Assembly: GCA_017500845.1 (NCBI GenBank)
Contig: JAFVXY010000005.1
Coordinates: forward strand, 57,246 to 121,245
Direction: 5' to 3'
DNA length: 64,000 bases
Source: Clostridia bacterium
GTDB lineage: Bacteria > Bacillota > Clostridia > Christensenellales > Pumilibacteraceae
Shown: in pieces, positions 36,463 through 49,138 of the stretch
Numbering within the stretch: the first letter of the stretch is position 1
Layout: the number at the start of each line of letters is the position of its first letter
Program-made: the position numbers and the translations under genes
The notes under the pieces: generated by a model
Seen by the model: the letters and a program-made list of their open reading frames with translations, nothing else
Database searches by the model: none
Told to the model about the DNA's origin: nothing

Positions 36463-38631
36463 ATGAAAAAAAGTACCACACGTCGTGCATTACTGACAAG
36501 TGCTTTTGCTTTTATATTATGCATCAGTATGTTCATCGGCACAACGTTTGCATGGTTTACCGATACGGCAACCAGCGCAAACAATATCATTCAGTCCGGC
36601 AACTTGGACGTTGAGGTTTACTACGGCAACCCCGCTGACAAAAACAGCATCACCAACGTAAACACATTGTTCAACGACGTTGAACTGTGGGAACCGGGTG
36701 CTGTAGCTTGGGAAAATCTTACAGTTGTAAACGAAGGCAGCTTGGCACTAAAATTTAAGTTTACTATCAACTTTATGGACGAAAACTATATAGTTGGTAC
36801 AAACGCAAAGCTAAGTCAAGTATTGAAAATCGCCATCGTAGAGGGCGGCGTTAGTCAAACCGACCGCGCAACTGTTTTAGAAGAAGCCGGCGAAGGAGCA
36901 TTACTTAAAAACTTCATTGCAGGCGGATCACTTATCGCAGGTGAGTCCATTACATACGGAGTAGTAATTTGGTGGGAGCCGAGCGCTAACGACAATAATT
37001 GGAACGTTATCAACGGCAAGCAAACCTCGGACGGTCTTCCCTTGCACATTAATCTTGGCGTAAACGTTTCGGCTACGCAGATGGACTATGAGGAAGACGC
37101 GTTTGGTCCTGAATACGATGCAGGTCTTGGTGAGGTCTTAGTTTCCAGCTATGCGGAGCTTGTAGAGGCGCTTAAAGCAGGCGGCGACATAGGCTTATGC
37201 AACGACATCGAAATTGACGTTACCTCTAACGACGAAATCGCAGTTATCCCCGAGGAAATAATTGCTTCCCTTGACCTTAACGGATTCAGCCTTTATACAC
37301 CCGAGGGAGTAACTAATGTATATGCGCTTAACAATCGCGGCACGCTTACCCTACTCGACTCCGTAGGCGGAGGCTCGATTGACGCCCTTGGCATTGCTAA
37401 CGACTTTGGCAGCACCGACAATATCTCTGCTTCTCTTACCATTGACGGCGCTAATATCAACGGTGAGATTTACAACGAGGGCAACGTTACATTTGGTGCG
37501 ACAAACATAGCGCGCGCAACCTTGACCGGTAACGGCTCCTTCTATTTTGGCAGCGAGGACAATACAATATTTGATGGAGTTACTATCAGCTGCGGCGAAT
37601 ATTACCTTGACGACGGCAGAACGTATACATTTATAAACACCTCAATCACCGGCGGCACCTTCTATATGGGTGGCGGAAGTAGCTTCCAAGGAAAAGATGT
37701 AGGCACAGCCCCTGAATTATCAATCGAAGGCGGTGACTTTATTGACGTAAACCCTGCGGTATTAAATCCTGCTCTTGCAGAAGATAACTCTGAGTATATT
37801 GCAATAAACTACACTAAGTCGGCTGAACCTGTTAGAACTCTTACTGCAGATGCTGAGGTTATATACAACTCCACAACTCGCTATATTATAGCTGAGCGCG
37901 AAAATACGGTTATTCTTGAAGCCCCTGACTCGGTGTACGAGCAAATCAACACAAACTACACGGTAAAAACTGTTGCGGCAGGTAAGCTTTACGCCGAATT
38001 CTCTGCTCTTAGCGGTAATGATTTTAGCACGGTATATATTCTTCCCGGAACTTATAACGAGGCTACCACTCTTACCGTTACCTCCAGCATGGACATTATC
38101 GGTCTTGGCGACAAGGAAGATATTAAGCTAATTAAACAAAGCGTAAATGTAAAGAAGAGCAATAAAAACTCTAACCGCCATCTATTTAACGTTAACGGCA
38201 ATACCTCAGAGTATATACATGTTACCTTGCGTAATCTCTATTTAGACGCTAGTGCGGTAAACATCATAACAGACCAAACAATTGGTAATAAGGTAGATAA
38301 TGGTGCTCTACAAGCTATTCGCAAAGCTAAAGTTAAATGCTATGACCTAATGATAGCAAAAGGTAATAGCGGTGGATATTATGCTTTCTATGGAAACGGT
38401 ACTAACAAAGTAACAGGTGAATCCGTTAACTCAGCTTCTTATTTGTACCTCGAAAACTGCTCGGTAGACTCTAACGTTAAGAATAATCTAATAGAAACAA
38501 TGCCTGGTGGAGAATCACGAATCTTCTATAACAACTGTTATTATAACAACGGTCAAAGCCTTTATGACAATACCAATATCTACATCAAAAATCAAGCTAT
38601 GGCGGCTGATGATTGGGATTGGGTTAACTAA
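36463..38631 (+). CDS. Secreted TasA/CalY/camelysin-type protein with about 500-aa C-terminal extension
   Basis: Signal peptide ending in the SipW-class motif GTTFAWFTDT, then SGNLDVEV and LWEPGAVAWENLTVVNEGSLALKF, as in TasA/CalY. The C-terminal G/N/T-rich region looks beta-helix-like. ATG 36463 lies 8 nt after AGGAGG. Confidence 0.75.
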   Translation: MKKSTTRRALLTSAFAFILCISMFIGTTFAWFTDTATSANNIIQSGNLDVEVYYGNPADKNSITNVNTLFNDVELWEPGAVAWENLTVVNEGSLALKFKFTINFMDENYIVGTNAKLSQVLKIAIVEGGVSQTDRATVLEEAGEGALLKNFIAGGSLIAGESITYGVVIWWEPSANDNNWNVINGKQTSDGLPLHINLGVNVSATQMDYEEDAFGPEYDAGLGEVLVSSYAELVEALKAGGDIGLCNDIEIDVTSNDEIAVIPEEIIASLDLNGFSLYTPEGVTNVYALNNRGTLTLLDSVGGGSIDALGIANDFGSTDNISASLTIDGANINGEIYNEGNVTFGATNIARATLTGNGSFYFGSEDNTIFDGVTISCGEYYLDDGRTYTFINTSITGGTFYMGGGSSFQGKDVGTAPELSIEGGDFIDVNPAVLNPALAEDNSEYIAINYTKSAEPVRTLTADAEVIYNSTTRYIIAERENTVILEAPDSVYEQINTNYTVKTVAAGKLYAEFSALSGNDFSTVYILPGTYNEATTLTVTSSMDIIGLGDKEDIKLIKQSVNVKKSNKNSNRHLFNVNGNTSEYIHVTLRNLYLDASAVNIITDQTIGNKVDNGALQAIRKAKVKCYDLMIAKGNSGGYYAFYGNGTNKVTGESVNSASYLYLENCSVDSNVKNNLIETMPGGESRIFYNNCYYNNGQSLYDNTNIYIKNQAMAADDWDWVN

Positions 38632-38663
38632 TTAAGTCAAATCTTAATTGCCTTTTACGGCAA

Positions 38664-38697
38664 AAAGGGAGCAGGCAGAAAATGCTTGCTCCCTTTT
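38664..38697 (+). terminator. Intrinsic terminator
   Basis: AAAGGGAGCA...TGCTCCCTTT followed by T. Confidence 0.7.
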
Positions 38698-38722
38698 GTT
38701 TACAACCATACACGTTATCAAC

Positions 38723-38759
38723 AAAAAATCCGCAAAAGGAGCACTCTTGCGGATTTTTT
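38723..38759. terminator. Bidirectional intrinsic terminator (serves efp)
   Basis: AAAAAATCCGCAA, 11-nt loop, TTGCGGATTTTTT. Confidence 0.8.
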
Positions 38760-38778
38760 GCATTAAAAGTATTGATTG

Positions 38779-39339
38779 TTATTTTACTCTTTCCATATAG
38801 GTTCCGGTGCGGGTATCTACGCGGATCTTCTCGCCCTGGTTTACGAAAAGCGGAATCTGAATGTTGGTGCCGGTTTCGAGTTTTGCGGGCTTGTTGCCTG
38901 CCTTGGACGTATCACCCTGAATGCCCGGTTCGGTTTCAGCAACAACAAGCTCTACAAAGTTGGGAGCTTCTACGCTGAATGCAGAGCCCTTGTAGAAATG
39001 TACGGTAGCCATCATTTCTTCCTTGATGTATTTGAGCGCTTCGGCACAAACATCGTAGTTGAGGGGAACCATCTCGAAGGACTCCATATCCATAAAGTAG
39101 TAAAGGTCGCCATCATTGTACGAATACTGCATTTCCTTACGCTCGATGTGAGCAAGGGGGTACTTATCCGACGGGTTGAAGGTCTGCTCGAGAACCTGTC
39201 CCGTGATTACGTTCTTAATCTTAGCCCTTACGAATGCTGCGCCTTTGCCCGGCTTTACGTGCTGGAAATCCACGATAACATAAACCTTACCGTCTATTTC
39301 GAGTGTAATACCTTTTCTGAAATCTCCTGCTTCTATCAT
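38779..39339 (-). CDS. efp: Elongation factor P
   Basis: [44 protein letters not shown] prefer ATG 39339, preceded by AAGGAGG, over the tracked 39372. Confidence 0.96.
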   Translation of the reverse strand: MIEAGDFRKGITLEIDGKVYVIVDFQHVKPGKGAAFVRAKIKNVITGQVLEQTFNPSDKYPLAHIERKEMQYSYNDGDLYYFMDMESFEMVPLNYDVCAEALKYIKEEMMATVHFYKGSAFSVEAPNFVELVVAETEPGIQGDTSKAGNKPAKLETGTNIQIPLFVNQGEKIRVDTRTGTYMERVK

Positions 39340-39349
39340 AATTTCCTCC

Positions 39350-40384
39350 TTAGAGATTGATATTTTTATCAAAATTAGTCAAATTTAGTATGCCGTCTTC
39401 TTTTACGACGATTATGTCCTCTATTCTTACACCGCCAAAGCCGTCAATATAAACGCCCGGCTCGACTGTGATAATCATATTGGGCTGAAGCGTAACGCTT
39501 TCGTCGTATTGTACGCGGGGAAGCTCGTGAATTTCGAGCCCTATGCCGTGACCCGCAGGATGGCCGAAGACCTTGCCATATCCGTGCGAAATAATGTATT
39601 CTCGCGCATACGAGTCAGCTTCGTGACAGCTGATGCCTGCGCGAATATTTTGCAAGGCGTAATTTTGAGCCTCCAAAACTACGTTATGAATCTCTGCCAT
39701 CTTTTCGCCGGGCTGACCTACACAGAACGTCCTGGTCATATCCGAGCAATAGCCGTCCACCTTGGCACCCATATCAATAAGCACCATATCGTTTTTTTCC
39801 AGCTTACGCTTGCCGGTACGGTAATGCGGAATCGCGCTGTTTTCGCCAAATGCTACGATGGGATCAAAAGCCTTGTCCTCAGCACCAAGCATCAGCATTT
39901 CGTACAAAATATTTGCGGCAACCTCGCGCTCGGTTACACCAGGCTTAATCATTGGCACAACCTTACCCAGGGCTTTTTGCGATATCATTTGAGCGGCGGC
40001 AATCTTTTGAATTTCCTCCTCGCTCTTTATCGCGCGCATTTGAGCAATATAGGCAGAGGCAGGCTCGAAACGGAATGCCGAGCAAGCGCTGTAAAGACGC
40101 TGGAACTTTTCGACCGAGAGCGACTTGTCCTCGTAGCCTACCACCTCGGCATTAAGCCTTGTAAGCTGCTCATTGATTTTTTCGTACAATGCCTCAGGCT
40201 TTATGCAAATTACTTCCCAGTCCTCAAGCACCTTGCTTACGTAGCCGTAATAACGAAAATCCGTGATGAAAATTCTGGTGTCCTCGTGTATGATAACACA
40301 GCCAAACGTGGTATTTACTTTAGAAAAATATTGGCGATTTACGCTTGAAAGTATAACCAGCGTATCCGTATTACTACCGTTCAT
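39350..40384 (-). CDS. pepP: Xaa-Pro aminopeptidase (M24B)
   Basis: [25 protein letters not shown] and VEPGVY metal ligand blocks. Sits upstream of efp as in many Firmicutes. Confidence 0.9.
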   Translation of the reverse strand: MNGSNTDTLVILSSVNRQYFSKVNTTFGCVIIHEDTRIFITDFRYYGYVSKVLEDWEVICIKPEALYEKINEQLTRLNAEVVGYEDKSLSVEKFQRLYSACSAFRFEPASAYIAQMRAIKSEEEIQKIAAAQMISQKALGKVVPMIKPGVTEREVAANILYEMLMLGAEDKAFDPIVAFGENSAIPHYRTGKRKLEKNDMVLIDMGAKVDGYCSDMTRTFCVGQPGEKMAEIHNVVLEAQNYALQNIRAGISCHEADSYAREYIISHGYGKVFGHPAGHGIGLEIHELPRVQYDESVTLQPNMIITVEPGVYIDGFGGVRIEDIIVVKEDGILNLTNFDKNINL

Positions 40385-40433
40385 ATCCACTCCTTTTTTT
40401 CACTACCAAATAAGTATACCATAAATTTTGCAA

Positions 40434-41270
40434 TTAGTAAACCTTTTTGTGACAGTTTTTCATAAATATTGCATCTTCTGCCATGGTAGAATCGGATTCG
40501 CACACGATATACGGCGTAAGACCGTACTCGTCTATCACCTCGGCCAGCGGCTGATACTCCGGGCCGTACTTGTCGTCGGCAAAGGTAAGATGCTTTATTT
40601 CGCCCGAAGCACCGTACATAATTTTAGAAAAATGTACATGCATATTCTTGGTCTTATATTCGCCCAGCTTGTTTAAGGTGAGGTCGATGATTTTTTTGTA
40701 ATCTTCTTTAGTTACCAAGCCGCCCTTAGTGTAGCTATTGATGTGACCAAAATCAAAGCATGGAATAAGCCTTTCGTCACACGTGCAAAAATCCACAACC
40801 TCCTCTACCGTACCTATTTGCCTGATTTTGCCCATGGTTTCGGCGGCAAGCAAAAAATCGCCCTCGAGAGTACTCATCATAGCCGCAATATTTTGTTTAG
40901 CAAGTCTTACCGCCGCATCGCGCGTAAGCTTTCCGCACGAAGCAGGATGAAAGACGACACGTCTACCGCCCATCTTTTTTACCGCCTCTATTGACTGGGC
41001 TATGTACTCAACCGATTTTTGTATCATTTCGGGCGAGGGATTGGCAAAGTTGGTGTAGTACGGCGCATGCGCGCTGATTTCGATATCGAAAGCCGCAAAA
41101 GCTTCCTTTATTTTTTGAGCCGTGGCGTCACCCATGGATACACCTCTGCCAAAAGAATATTCGAATGCGTTTAGCCCGCGCTCCGACAACCAAGCCGCCG
41201 CCTCGTAGGTGTGCTTGTGTCCCTCATCATAAAACGATTGAGAATTGCCCGACGGTCCTATCCTTAGCAT
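40434..41270 (-). CDS. Endonuclease IV-like TIM-barrel protein (AP endonuclease family 2)
   Basis: SAHAPYYTNFANP, VVFHP, AAETMG, FDFGHINS and VHFS match the order of the Nfo metal-ligand blocks. Confidence 0.78.
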   Translation of the reverse strand: MLRIGPSGNSQSFYDEGHKHTYEAAAWLSERGLNAFEYSFGRGVSMGDATAQKIKEAFAAFDIEISAHAPYYTNFANPSPEMIQKSVEYIAQSIEAVKKMGGRRVVFHPASCGKLTRDAAVRLAKQNIAAMMSTLEGDFLLAAETMGKIRQIGTVEEVVDFCTCDERLIPCFDFGHINSYTKGGLVTKEDYKKIIDLTLNKLGEYKTKNMHVHFSKIMYGASGEIKHLTFADDKYGPEYQPLAEVIDEYGLTPYIVCESDSTMAEDAIFMKNCHKKVY

Positions 41271-42115
41271 AATGCCTCCCTTACGTCCTTTTGTATTTGT
41301 TTATTTAACTCATTTCCGTCCGCAAATTTAATTATGGGTCGAAGATATTTTATAAACCTTACGGTAAGCTCCTTGCCGTACAGGTCACCGCTAAAATCTA
41401 TCAGCATAGGCTCGATTGTAACCGAGCTTTCGTCAAACGTCGGCTTTGTGCCTACGTTGGTCACCGCCACGTATTGCTTGCCGTCAAACGAAACGAGAGT
41501 CTTGTACACCCCCTGTTTTGGCAAAAAGCCGCCGTAGCTTACATTTGCCGTGGGATAACCAAAAGCCCGACCTACGCCTCGCCCCTTTACCACCTTGCCG
41601 CGAACAAAGAACGGCTCACCAAGCAGACTGTTTGCCCTATCTAAATCACCCGCCAAAAGGCTTTCCTTTATCCACGTAGTAGATACCTTTTTGCCATCTA
41701 CCGTGAATGGCGGTAAAATTTCACAACGTATATCTTTTTTTGATGCATACTGCGCCAAATCGTTTGCGTTGCATTCTGCGTTTACACCAAACGAATAATC
41801 ATATCCGCAGAAAAACGCTCCTATATCACATTTAGAGGTAAGCTCGTCTAAAAACTCTATACCTCTCTTTGTCATAAACTTACGGTCAAAATCGTCGGCA
41901 ATAATCATCTCGGCACCGTTTTTAGTAAGCAACTCCTTACGCTCGTCAAAGCCGTACAATTGCTTGGATCCAAAAAACTCGCCAAGGTCATTGCAAAAGG
42001 TATGCACCGCGGCTGTCATTCCGTTGTGTGCGGCGTGCTCTGCGTTTGCCTTAAGAAGCTGTCTGTGACCGATGTGGACGCTATCAAAAAAGCCTAATGC
42101 AACTGAAATTTTCAT
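41264..42115 (-). CDS. ribF: Bifunctional riboflavin kinase / FMN adenylyltransferase
   Basis: ALGFFDSVHIGH and a C-terminal kinase domain (GRGVGRAFGYPTAN, VTNVGTKPTF). Confidence 0.93.
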   Translation of the reverse strand: MKISVALGFFDSVHIGHRQLLKANAEHAAHNGMTAAVHTFCNDLGEFFGSKQLYGFDERKELLTKNGAEMIIADDFDRKFMTKRGIEFLDELTSKCDIGAFFCGYDYSFGVNAECNANDLAQYASKKDIRCEILPPFTVDGKKVSTTWIKESLLAGDLDRANSLLGEPFFVRGKVVKGRGVGRAFGYPTANVSYGGFLPKQGVYKTLVSFDGKQYVAVTNVGTKPTFDESSVTIEPMLIDFSGDLYGKELTVRFIKYLRPIIKFADGNELNKQIQKDVREALC

Positions 42116-42951
42116 GCTTCCCTCATGTACGTCTTTATTGCAAGCAAGCCGTCCGAGATTTCGCCAAGTCCAAACAACTCGCCCTTACAAAAAACAAGTC
42201 GCTTACCCTCGCCGTCCATCTTGATTTTTACGCCGTTGCATACCTTTACGTAATGCTCATCACTTAGGTCAAGGCGCTCGATTTCGGGCAATGCATCTTG
42301 CACCGAAAGCAGCTTTTCTGCCGAAAGTTCATCAAGCGTTACGCAATTTTCTATCCTGAACGAGCCGCAACGTATTCTTTTGATTGCCGTCATTATGGCG
42401 TAAGTACCCAGCCTATAAGCAAGGTCACGGCAAAGACTGCGAATGTACGTTCCGCTTGAGCAATGCACTCTAACGGTGATTTTGTTACCGTCCATCGAGA
42501 GTAACTCGTAGTCAAAAACCTCAACGCTACACGCCTTTAGCTGCACATCCTTACCTTGACGGGCAAGGTCGTAAGCCTTTTGTCCTTCAATTTTTTTTGC
42601 CGAATAAGCAGGTGGAATTTGACTCAGCTTGCCAACAAACTCCTTTATCGCCTTCTTGATTTCGGTTTCGCTCGGGATTCTGCCGCCCGAGGCGGTAACC
42701 ACACCCTCGCCGTCGAGAGTGTCGCGCTCCTCGCCAAAGGTAAATTCTGCCTCGTAAACCTTATCCTTAGATAGATAATAATCAAAAAGGCGGGTCGCCT
42801 TGCCCACGCCTAAAATGAGTACGCCCTCGCCTTGCGGATCGAGTGTCCCCATATGCCCAACTGCGCGAGTATGTAAAATTCGTTTTACCTTTACCACGGC
42901 GTCACTGCTTGTAATACCCTTGGGCTTGTATAAGTTGATAACACCCGTCAT
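42112..42951 (-). CDS. truB: tRNA pseudouridine-55 synthase
   Basis: GVINLYKPKGITS, GHMGTLDPQGEGVL (catalytic Asp) and IPPAYSAKK. Confidence 0.95.
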   Translation of the reverse strand: MTGVINLYKPKGITSSDAVVKVKRILHTRAVGHMGTLDPQGEGVLILGVGKATRLFDYYLSKDKVYEAEFTFGEERDTLDGEGVVTASGGRIPSETEIKKAIKEFVGKLSQIPPAYSAKKIEGQKAYDLARQGKDVQLKACSVEVFDYELLSMDGNKITVRVHCSSGTYIRSLCRDLAYRLGTYAIMTAIKRIRCGSFRIENCVTLDELSAEKLLSVQDALPEIERLDLSDEHYVKVCNGVKIKMDGEGKRLVFCKGELFGLGEISDGLLAIKTYMREA

Positions 42952-43886
42952 ATATCCAATCCATCGGTAATCGACTTGATTACCTTATCCAAAACGTCCT
43001 CGTATACGCCGAAGACCACACAGCCTGCCGCCTGAACGTGTCCGCCGCCGCCAAACACAGCCGCGCATTCAGCCACGTTGTAGCCCTTGCTTCTAAAGCT
43101 AACCTTAAACTTATGCTCGTCCTGTTGGCTCATACAAGCCGCAATCTGAACGGACCTCATATTCATGGCGTAGTCAATAAGACCCTCTGTGTCCGATATT
43201 ACGCATCCCGTTTCGGCAAGGTCGTTTGCTCTAACCGAAATTATGCAAATGCTGTCGTCCGCCAAAAATTTCATAGAGTTTATTGCTCGGGCAATAAGCT
43301 TGGTCTTGTTTTTTGTGGTGGAGCGATACAGGTTCTTGTTGGTTGTATACGCCTCAGCGCCAAGCTCCATAAGCTTTGCCGCCTTTTCGAATACATTAGC
43401 GGTAACGTTATTGTGCATAAAATGCCCGGTGTCAGTCGAAAGTCCGGTGTACAAATAGGTCGCCATAAGGCTATCTACCTTGCCAAGCGGCAACAAAACG
43501 TCAGCCAAAATCTCACACGTGCTTGACTTTTTGTGATTAACAAAGTTGATATCCGCAAAGCCATTGTTGGTGATATGGTGGTCGAATTGTATGCTTTTTA
43601 CCTTACCGAGCATCTTGCTGTATCTGCCCATTCTAAGCGCGTCGCCGCAGTCTACCACTATAAGCAAGTCGTACTTGTCGTGCGTTTGCTTGTTGATGCA
43701 GTCAAAATGCTCCATAAAGGAATAGTGCTGCGGTAAGTCGGAATCGTACATTAAGTCCGCACTTTTGCCCTCGTTTTGCACAAGCCTACGTAAAGCAAGA
43801 CCTGCGCCCAGACAGTCACCGTCCGGACGCATGTGTCCAACAATCAATATTTTGTTTGCCGCAGCAATGCTGTTAATCAGCTCCAT
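42948..43886 (-). CDS. nrnA: DHH/DHHA1 phosphoesterase (NrnA-like oligoribonuclease / pAp phosphatase)
   Basis: GHMRPDGDCLG, VVDCG, DHH, and the C-terminal GGGH of DHHA1. Confidence 0.87.
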   Translation of the reverse strand: MELINSIAAANKILIVGHMRPDGDCLGAGLALRRLVQNEGKSADLMYDSDLPQHYSFMEHFDCINKQTHDKYDLLIVVDCGDALRMGRYSKMLGKVKSIQFDHHITNNGFADINFVNHKKSSTCEILADVLLPLGKVDSLMATYLYTGLSTDTGHFMHNNVTANVFEKAAKLMELGAEAYTTNKNLYRSTTKNKTKLIARAINSMKFLADDSICIISVRANDLAETGCVISDTEGLIDYAMNMRSVQIAACMSQQDEHKFKVSFRSKGYNVAECAAVFGGGGHVQAAGCVVFGVYEDVLDKVIKSITDGLDI

Positions 43887-44220
43887 TCTTCTTTAATCCT
43901 TCAAGCAAAGCGTCAATTTTTTCACCGTACGCCATAGATGTATCGAGGAAAAAATTAAGTGAGGGCATGGTGCGAAGCTCTCTGTATTCGTTACGCAGCT
44001 CGTGCCTTATAAAGCCCGCACACTTTTTGAGTGCGGCAAGAGTTTCCTGAGCATCGCCGCCGTAGCAGCTTACAAATACCTTTGCGCTACCGAGGTCCTT
44101 GGACGTTTCTACTGCAATAACGCTTACCATCGAGGTGATACGCGGGTCCTTAAGACGGCGAATGATTTCGGAAATGCTCTTTTGTAATTCGCTGTTTACT
44201 CTGTCTATTCTAAAATTCAT
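43873..44220 (-). CDS. rbfA: Ribosome-binding factor A
   Basis: 115 aa. RVNSELQKSISEIIR..KDPR and position after infB. Confidence 0.93.
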   Translation of the reverse strand: MNFRIDRVNSELQKSISEIIRRLKDPRITSMVSVIAVETSKDLGSAKVFVSCYGGDAQETLAALKKCAGFIRHELRNEYRELRTMPSLNFFLDTSMAYGEKIDALLEGLKKNGAD

Positions 44221-44238
44221 CTTTTTCCTTGAATGGCT

Positions 44239-46806
<2,568 letters not shown>

Positions 46807-47130
46807 TTAAATTTCCTCCGACTTAATAAGTGAATAATCTTCTGTGATATAATTTATTATCGCATCTGCCATCTGCTTGTTGCAAATACCGATGACCTTG
46901 CAATTGTTTTTGTAAACGATGTCCTCGAGCTTGCGTGTCTTTGTTTCGACAATAAAAACGCCATCACGTTGTGCCACTTTTTTGACGCTTAGCTTTGCGC
47001 GCTCACTTAGTGTATGACAACACACTATAAGATATCTTTTGCGCTTGCCTTCGTCTAAGCTTTCTATCCCATAGATTATCTTGCCAGATTTTACAGCAAA
47101 GCCGATGAGCGAGGCAACCTTGTCATTCAT
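46807..47130 (-). CDS. ylxQ: L7Ae-family RNA-binding protein YlxQ
   Basis: LIGFAVKSGKIIYG and position between ylxR and infB. ATG 47130 lies after GGAGGTG. Confidence 0.85.
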   Translation of the reverse strand: MNDKVASLIGFAVKSGKIIYGIESLDEGKRKRYLIVCCHTLSERAKLSVKKVAQRDGVFIVETKTRKLEDIVYKNNCKVIGICNKQMADAIINYITEDYSLIKSEEI

Positions 47131-47374
47131 ACTGCACCTCCAGCTGTGCGTAAACTGCTTCGGGAACTTCACATCTAAAAGCCCTATTAAGCATCTTGCG
47201 CTTTTTTAGTTTATCCACACATTCCTTGGATTTGCACACGTACGCACCTCTGCCCGGTGCCTTGTCGGTAAGGTCAACCTTAATTTCGTCACCGTATTTT
47301 ACGACGCGCACAAGCTGCGACTTATCCTTCATTTCCCTGCAAGCAACGCACATTCTTTGTGGCGTGTTTTTCAT
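47123..47374 (-). CDS. ylxR: YlxR (DUF448) RNA-binding protein
   Basis: RMCVACREMKDK..L.RVV and GRGAYVC blocks. Confidence 0.88.
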   Translation of the reverse strand: MKNTPQRMCVACREMKDKSQLVRVVKYGDEIKVDLTDKAPGRGAYVCKSKECVDKLKKRKMLNRAFRCEVPEAVYAQLEVQYE

Positions 47375-48493
47375 TTAGTCAAGCTCTCCAAGTTCTTCCT
47401 CGAGGGGCTCGTCGTTAAGCTGCGGAGCTTCCTCGATGTTTTCGTATTGCATCTTCATATAGTTGCTGTACGACTTAACGTCGATTTTCCAACCGGTAAG
47501 ACGTGCGGCAAGACGAGCGTTTTGACCGTCTCTGCCGATTGCAAGGCTTAGCATATTGTCGTCTACGACTACTCTTGCGCTACGCTCTGCCTCGTCCACA
47601 ACCTCTACCATCGAAACCTTTGCCGGGCTGAGCGCGCGAGCTATAAACTCAAGCGGATCGTTATGCCACGGAATGATGTCGATTTTTTCGCCGCCAAGCT
47701 CGCTTACGATAGCGTTTACACGCATACCTCTGTTGCCGACGCAAGCACCTACCGCATCAACGTTGCCGTCCTCGGAGTAAACAGCCATTTTGGTTCTGTA
47801 TCCCGCCTCGCGCACAATGGACTTGATGCTGACAAGACCTGCGGCAATTTCTGGAACTTCGATTTCGAAAAGTCTTTTTACAAAGCCTGCTACGGTACGG
47901 CTTACTGTGATTTGCGGGCCACGGTTGCCTGCCTTAATTTTCTTTACGAAAACCTTAATTCTGTCGCCCACGTTGAAGCGGTCGGACGGAGCCTGATCCT
48001 GTTGCATAAGCAACGCCTCAAGCTTGTTGATTTCGACGTAAACGTTGCGTCCGTCGATACGGCGAACAACGCAAGTGATAAGCTCGCCTTCCTTTTGCGA
48101 AAGCTCGCTGTAAGCAAGCTCGCTTTCTACCTCGCGAAGCTTTTGCATAATAACCTGCTTTGCAGTTTGAGCCGCAATTCGTCCAAAGTCCTTTGCTACA
48201 ACCTTTTCGGCAACCTTGTCGCCAAGCTTGTACTTTTTGTCTATGAGGCGAGCGTCCTCAAGGCTGATTTGGGTATCCTTATCCTCAACCTCATCTACTA
48301 CTTCTAAGAACGCTATAATGTCGATAGTGCTCTTTTCGGGGTCGAGCTTAACCTCAACCGCCTTAGCGTCGCCGGTGTGCTTTTTGTAAGCAATAACAAG
48401 CGCCGTTTCCAAAGCTTCGATAAAAATTTCCTTTTTTATACGCTTAGTCGATTCAAGCTCCTCAAGCGCAAGAAAAAAGTCCTGACTTTTCAT
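47375..48493 (-). CDS. nusA: Transcription termination/antitermination factor NusA
   Basis: N-terminal domain, S1 domain (GELITCVVRR) and KH domains (GACVGNRGMRV, LAIGRDGQNARLA). Confidence 0.97.
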   Translation of the reverse strand: MKSQDFFLALEELESTKRIKKEIFIEALETALVIAYKKHTGDAKAVEVKLDPEKSTIDIIAFLEVVDEVEDKDTQISLEDARLIDKKYKLGDKVAEKVVAKDFGRIAAQTAKQVIMQKLREVESELAYSELSQKEGELITCVVRRIDGRNVYVEINKLEALLMQQDQAPSDRFNVGDRIKVFVKKIKAGNRGPQITVSRTVAGFVKRLFEIEVPEIAAGLVSIKSIVREAGYRTKMAVYSEDGNVDAVGACVGNRGMRVNAIVSELGGEKIDIIPWHNDPLEFIARALSPAKVSMVEVVDEAERSARVVVDDNMLSLAIGRDGQNARLAARLTGWKIDVKSYSNYMKMQYENIEEAPQLNDEPLEEELGELD

Positions 48494-48549
48494 TAGATTA
48501 TTCCTCCTTAAATAGGCGTTTTCGCCTTGGTCAAAATCTGATTATCCGA

Positions 48550-49008
48550 TTATTCAAATTTTACTAGCGGCCTTACGAACGCCGCCTTTGCACATTCTAT
48601 TGTAATTTCTTCTTCATCGCAAATTATGGTAAAGGTATTTTCCGCCTTTTCCTTAAGGACGCCCTCGTAAATCTTTTTGCCCTTAAGCGGTGCATACAGC
48701 TTTACCTCCACCTCTTCGCCGTAATTACGCTCGAAGTCGCGCTGAGTCTTGAACGGTCTGTCAAGTCCCGGGGACGACACGTTGAACGAGTACGGCTCGT
48801 CGCCCGTGGGATTAACCTCGTCAAGTATGGGGTCAAGCGCGCGGGAAACCTTTTCGCAATCGTCAAGGTCTACGCCGCCCTCCTTGTAAATGTACACCGT
48901 CAAGGTCATCTGTCCGTACTGCTTGTCGTATTCTACGTCCACAAGCTCGTAGCCCATGTCGGTAAGAGTGCCGCTTACTGCCTTTTTTGTTAACTCTACT
49001 ACGTTCAT
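48550..49008 (-). CDS. rimP: Ribosome maturation factor RimP
   Basis: GYELVDVEY, SSPGLDRPF. I prefer ATG 49008 over the tracked 49053. Confidence 0.92.
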   Translation of the reverse strand: MNVVELTKKAVSGTLTDMGYELVDVEYDKQYGQMTLTVYIYKEGGVDLDDCEKVSRALDPILDEVNPTGDEPYSFNVSSPGLDRPFKTQRDFERNYGEEVEVKLYAPLKGKKIYEGVLKEKAENTFTIICDEEEITIECAKAAFVRPLVKFE

Positions 49009-49138
49009 TTCGCTCCATAATGATTGAGAGCAAGCCGCAAGGCTTACTCTCATCGTGCTTAAATAACATAATTAGTATATCACAGCAAAATGCAAAATGC
49101 AACTGATTTTTATCACTTTTTACCAATTTGAGTTGATT

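Noticed and set aside
38776-40348. Plus-strand ORFs 38776-39360 (194 aa) and 39509-40348 (279 aa)
   Set aside because: They are antisense to efp and to the M24 aminopeptidase gene, both clearly identified. They have no motifs or start signals of their own.
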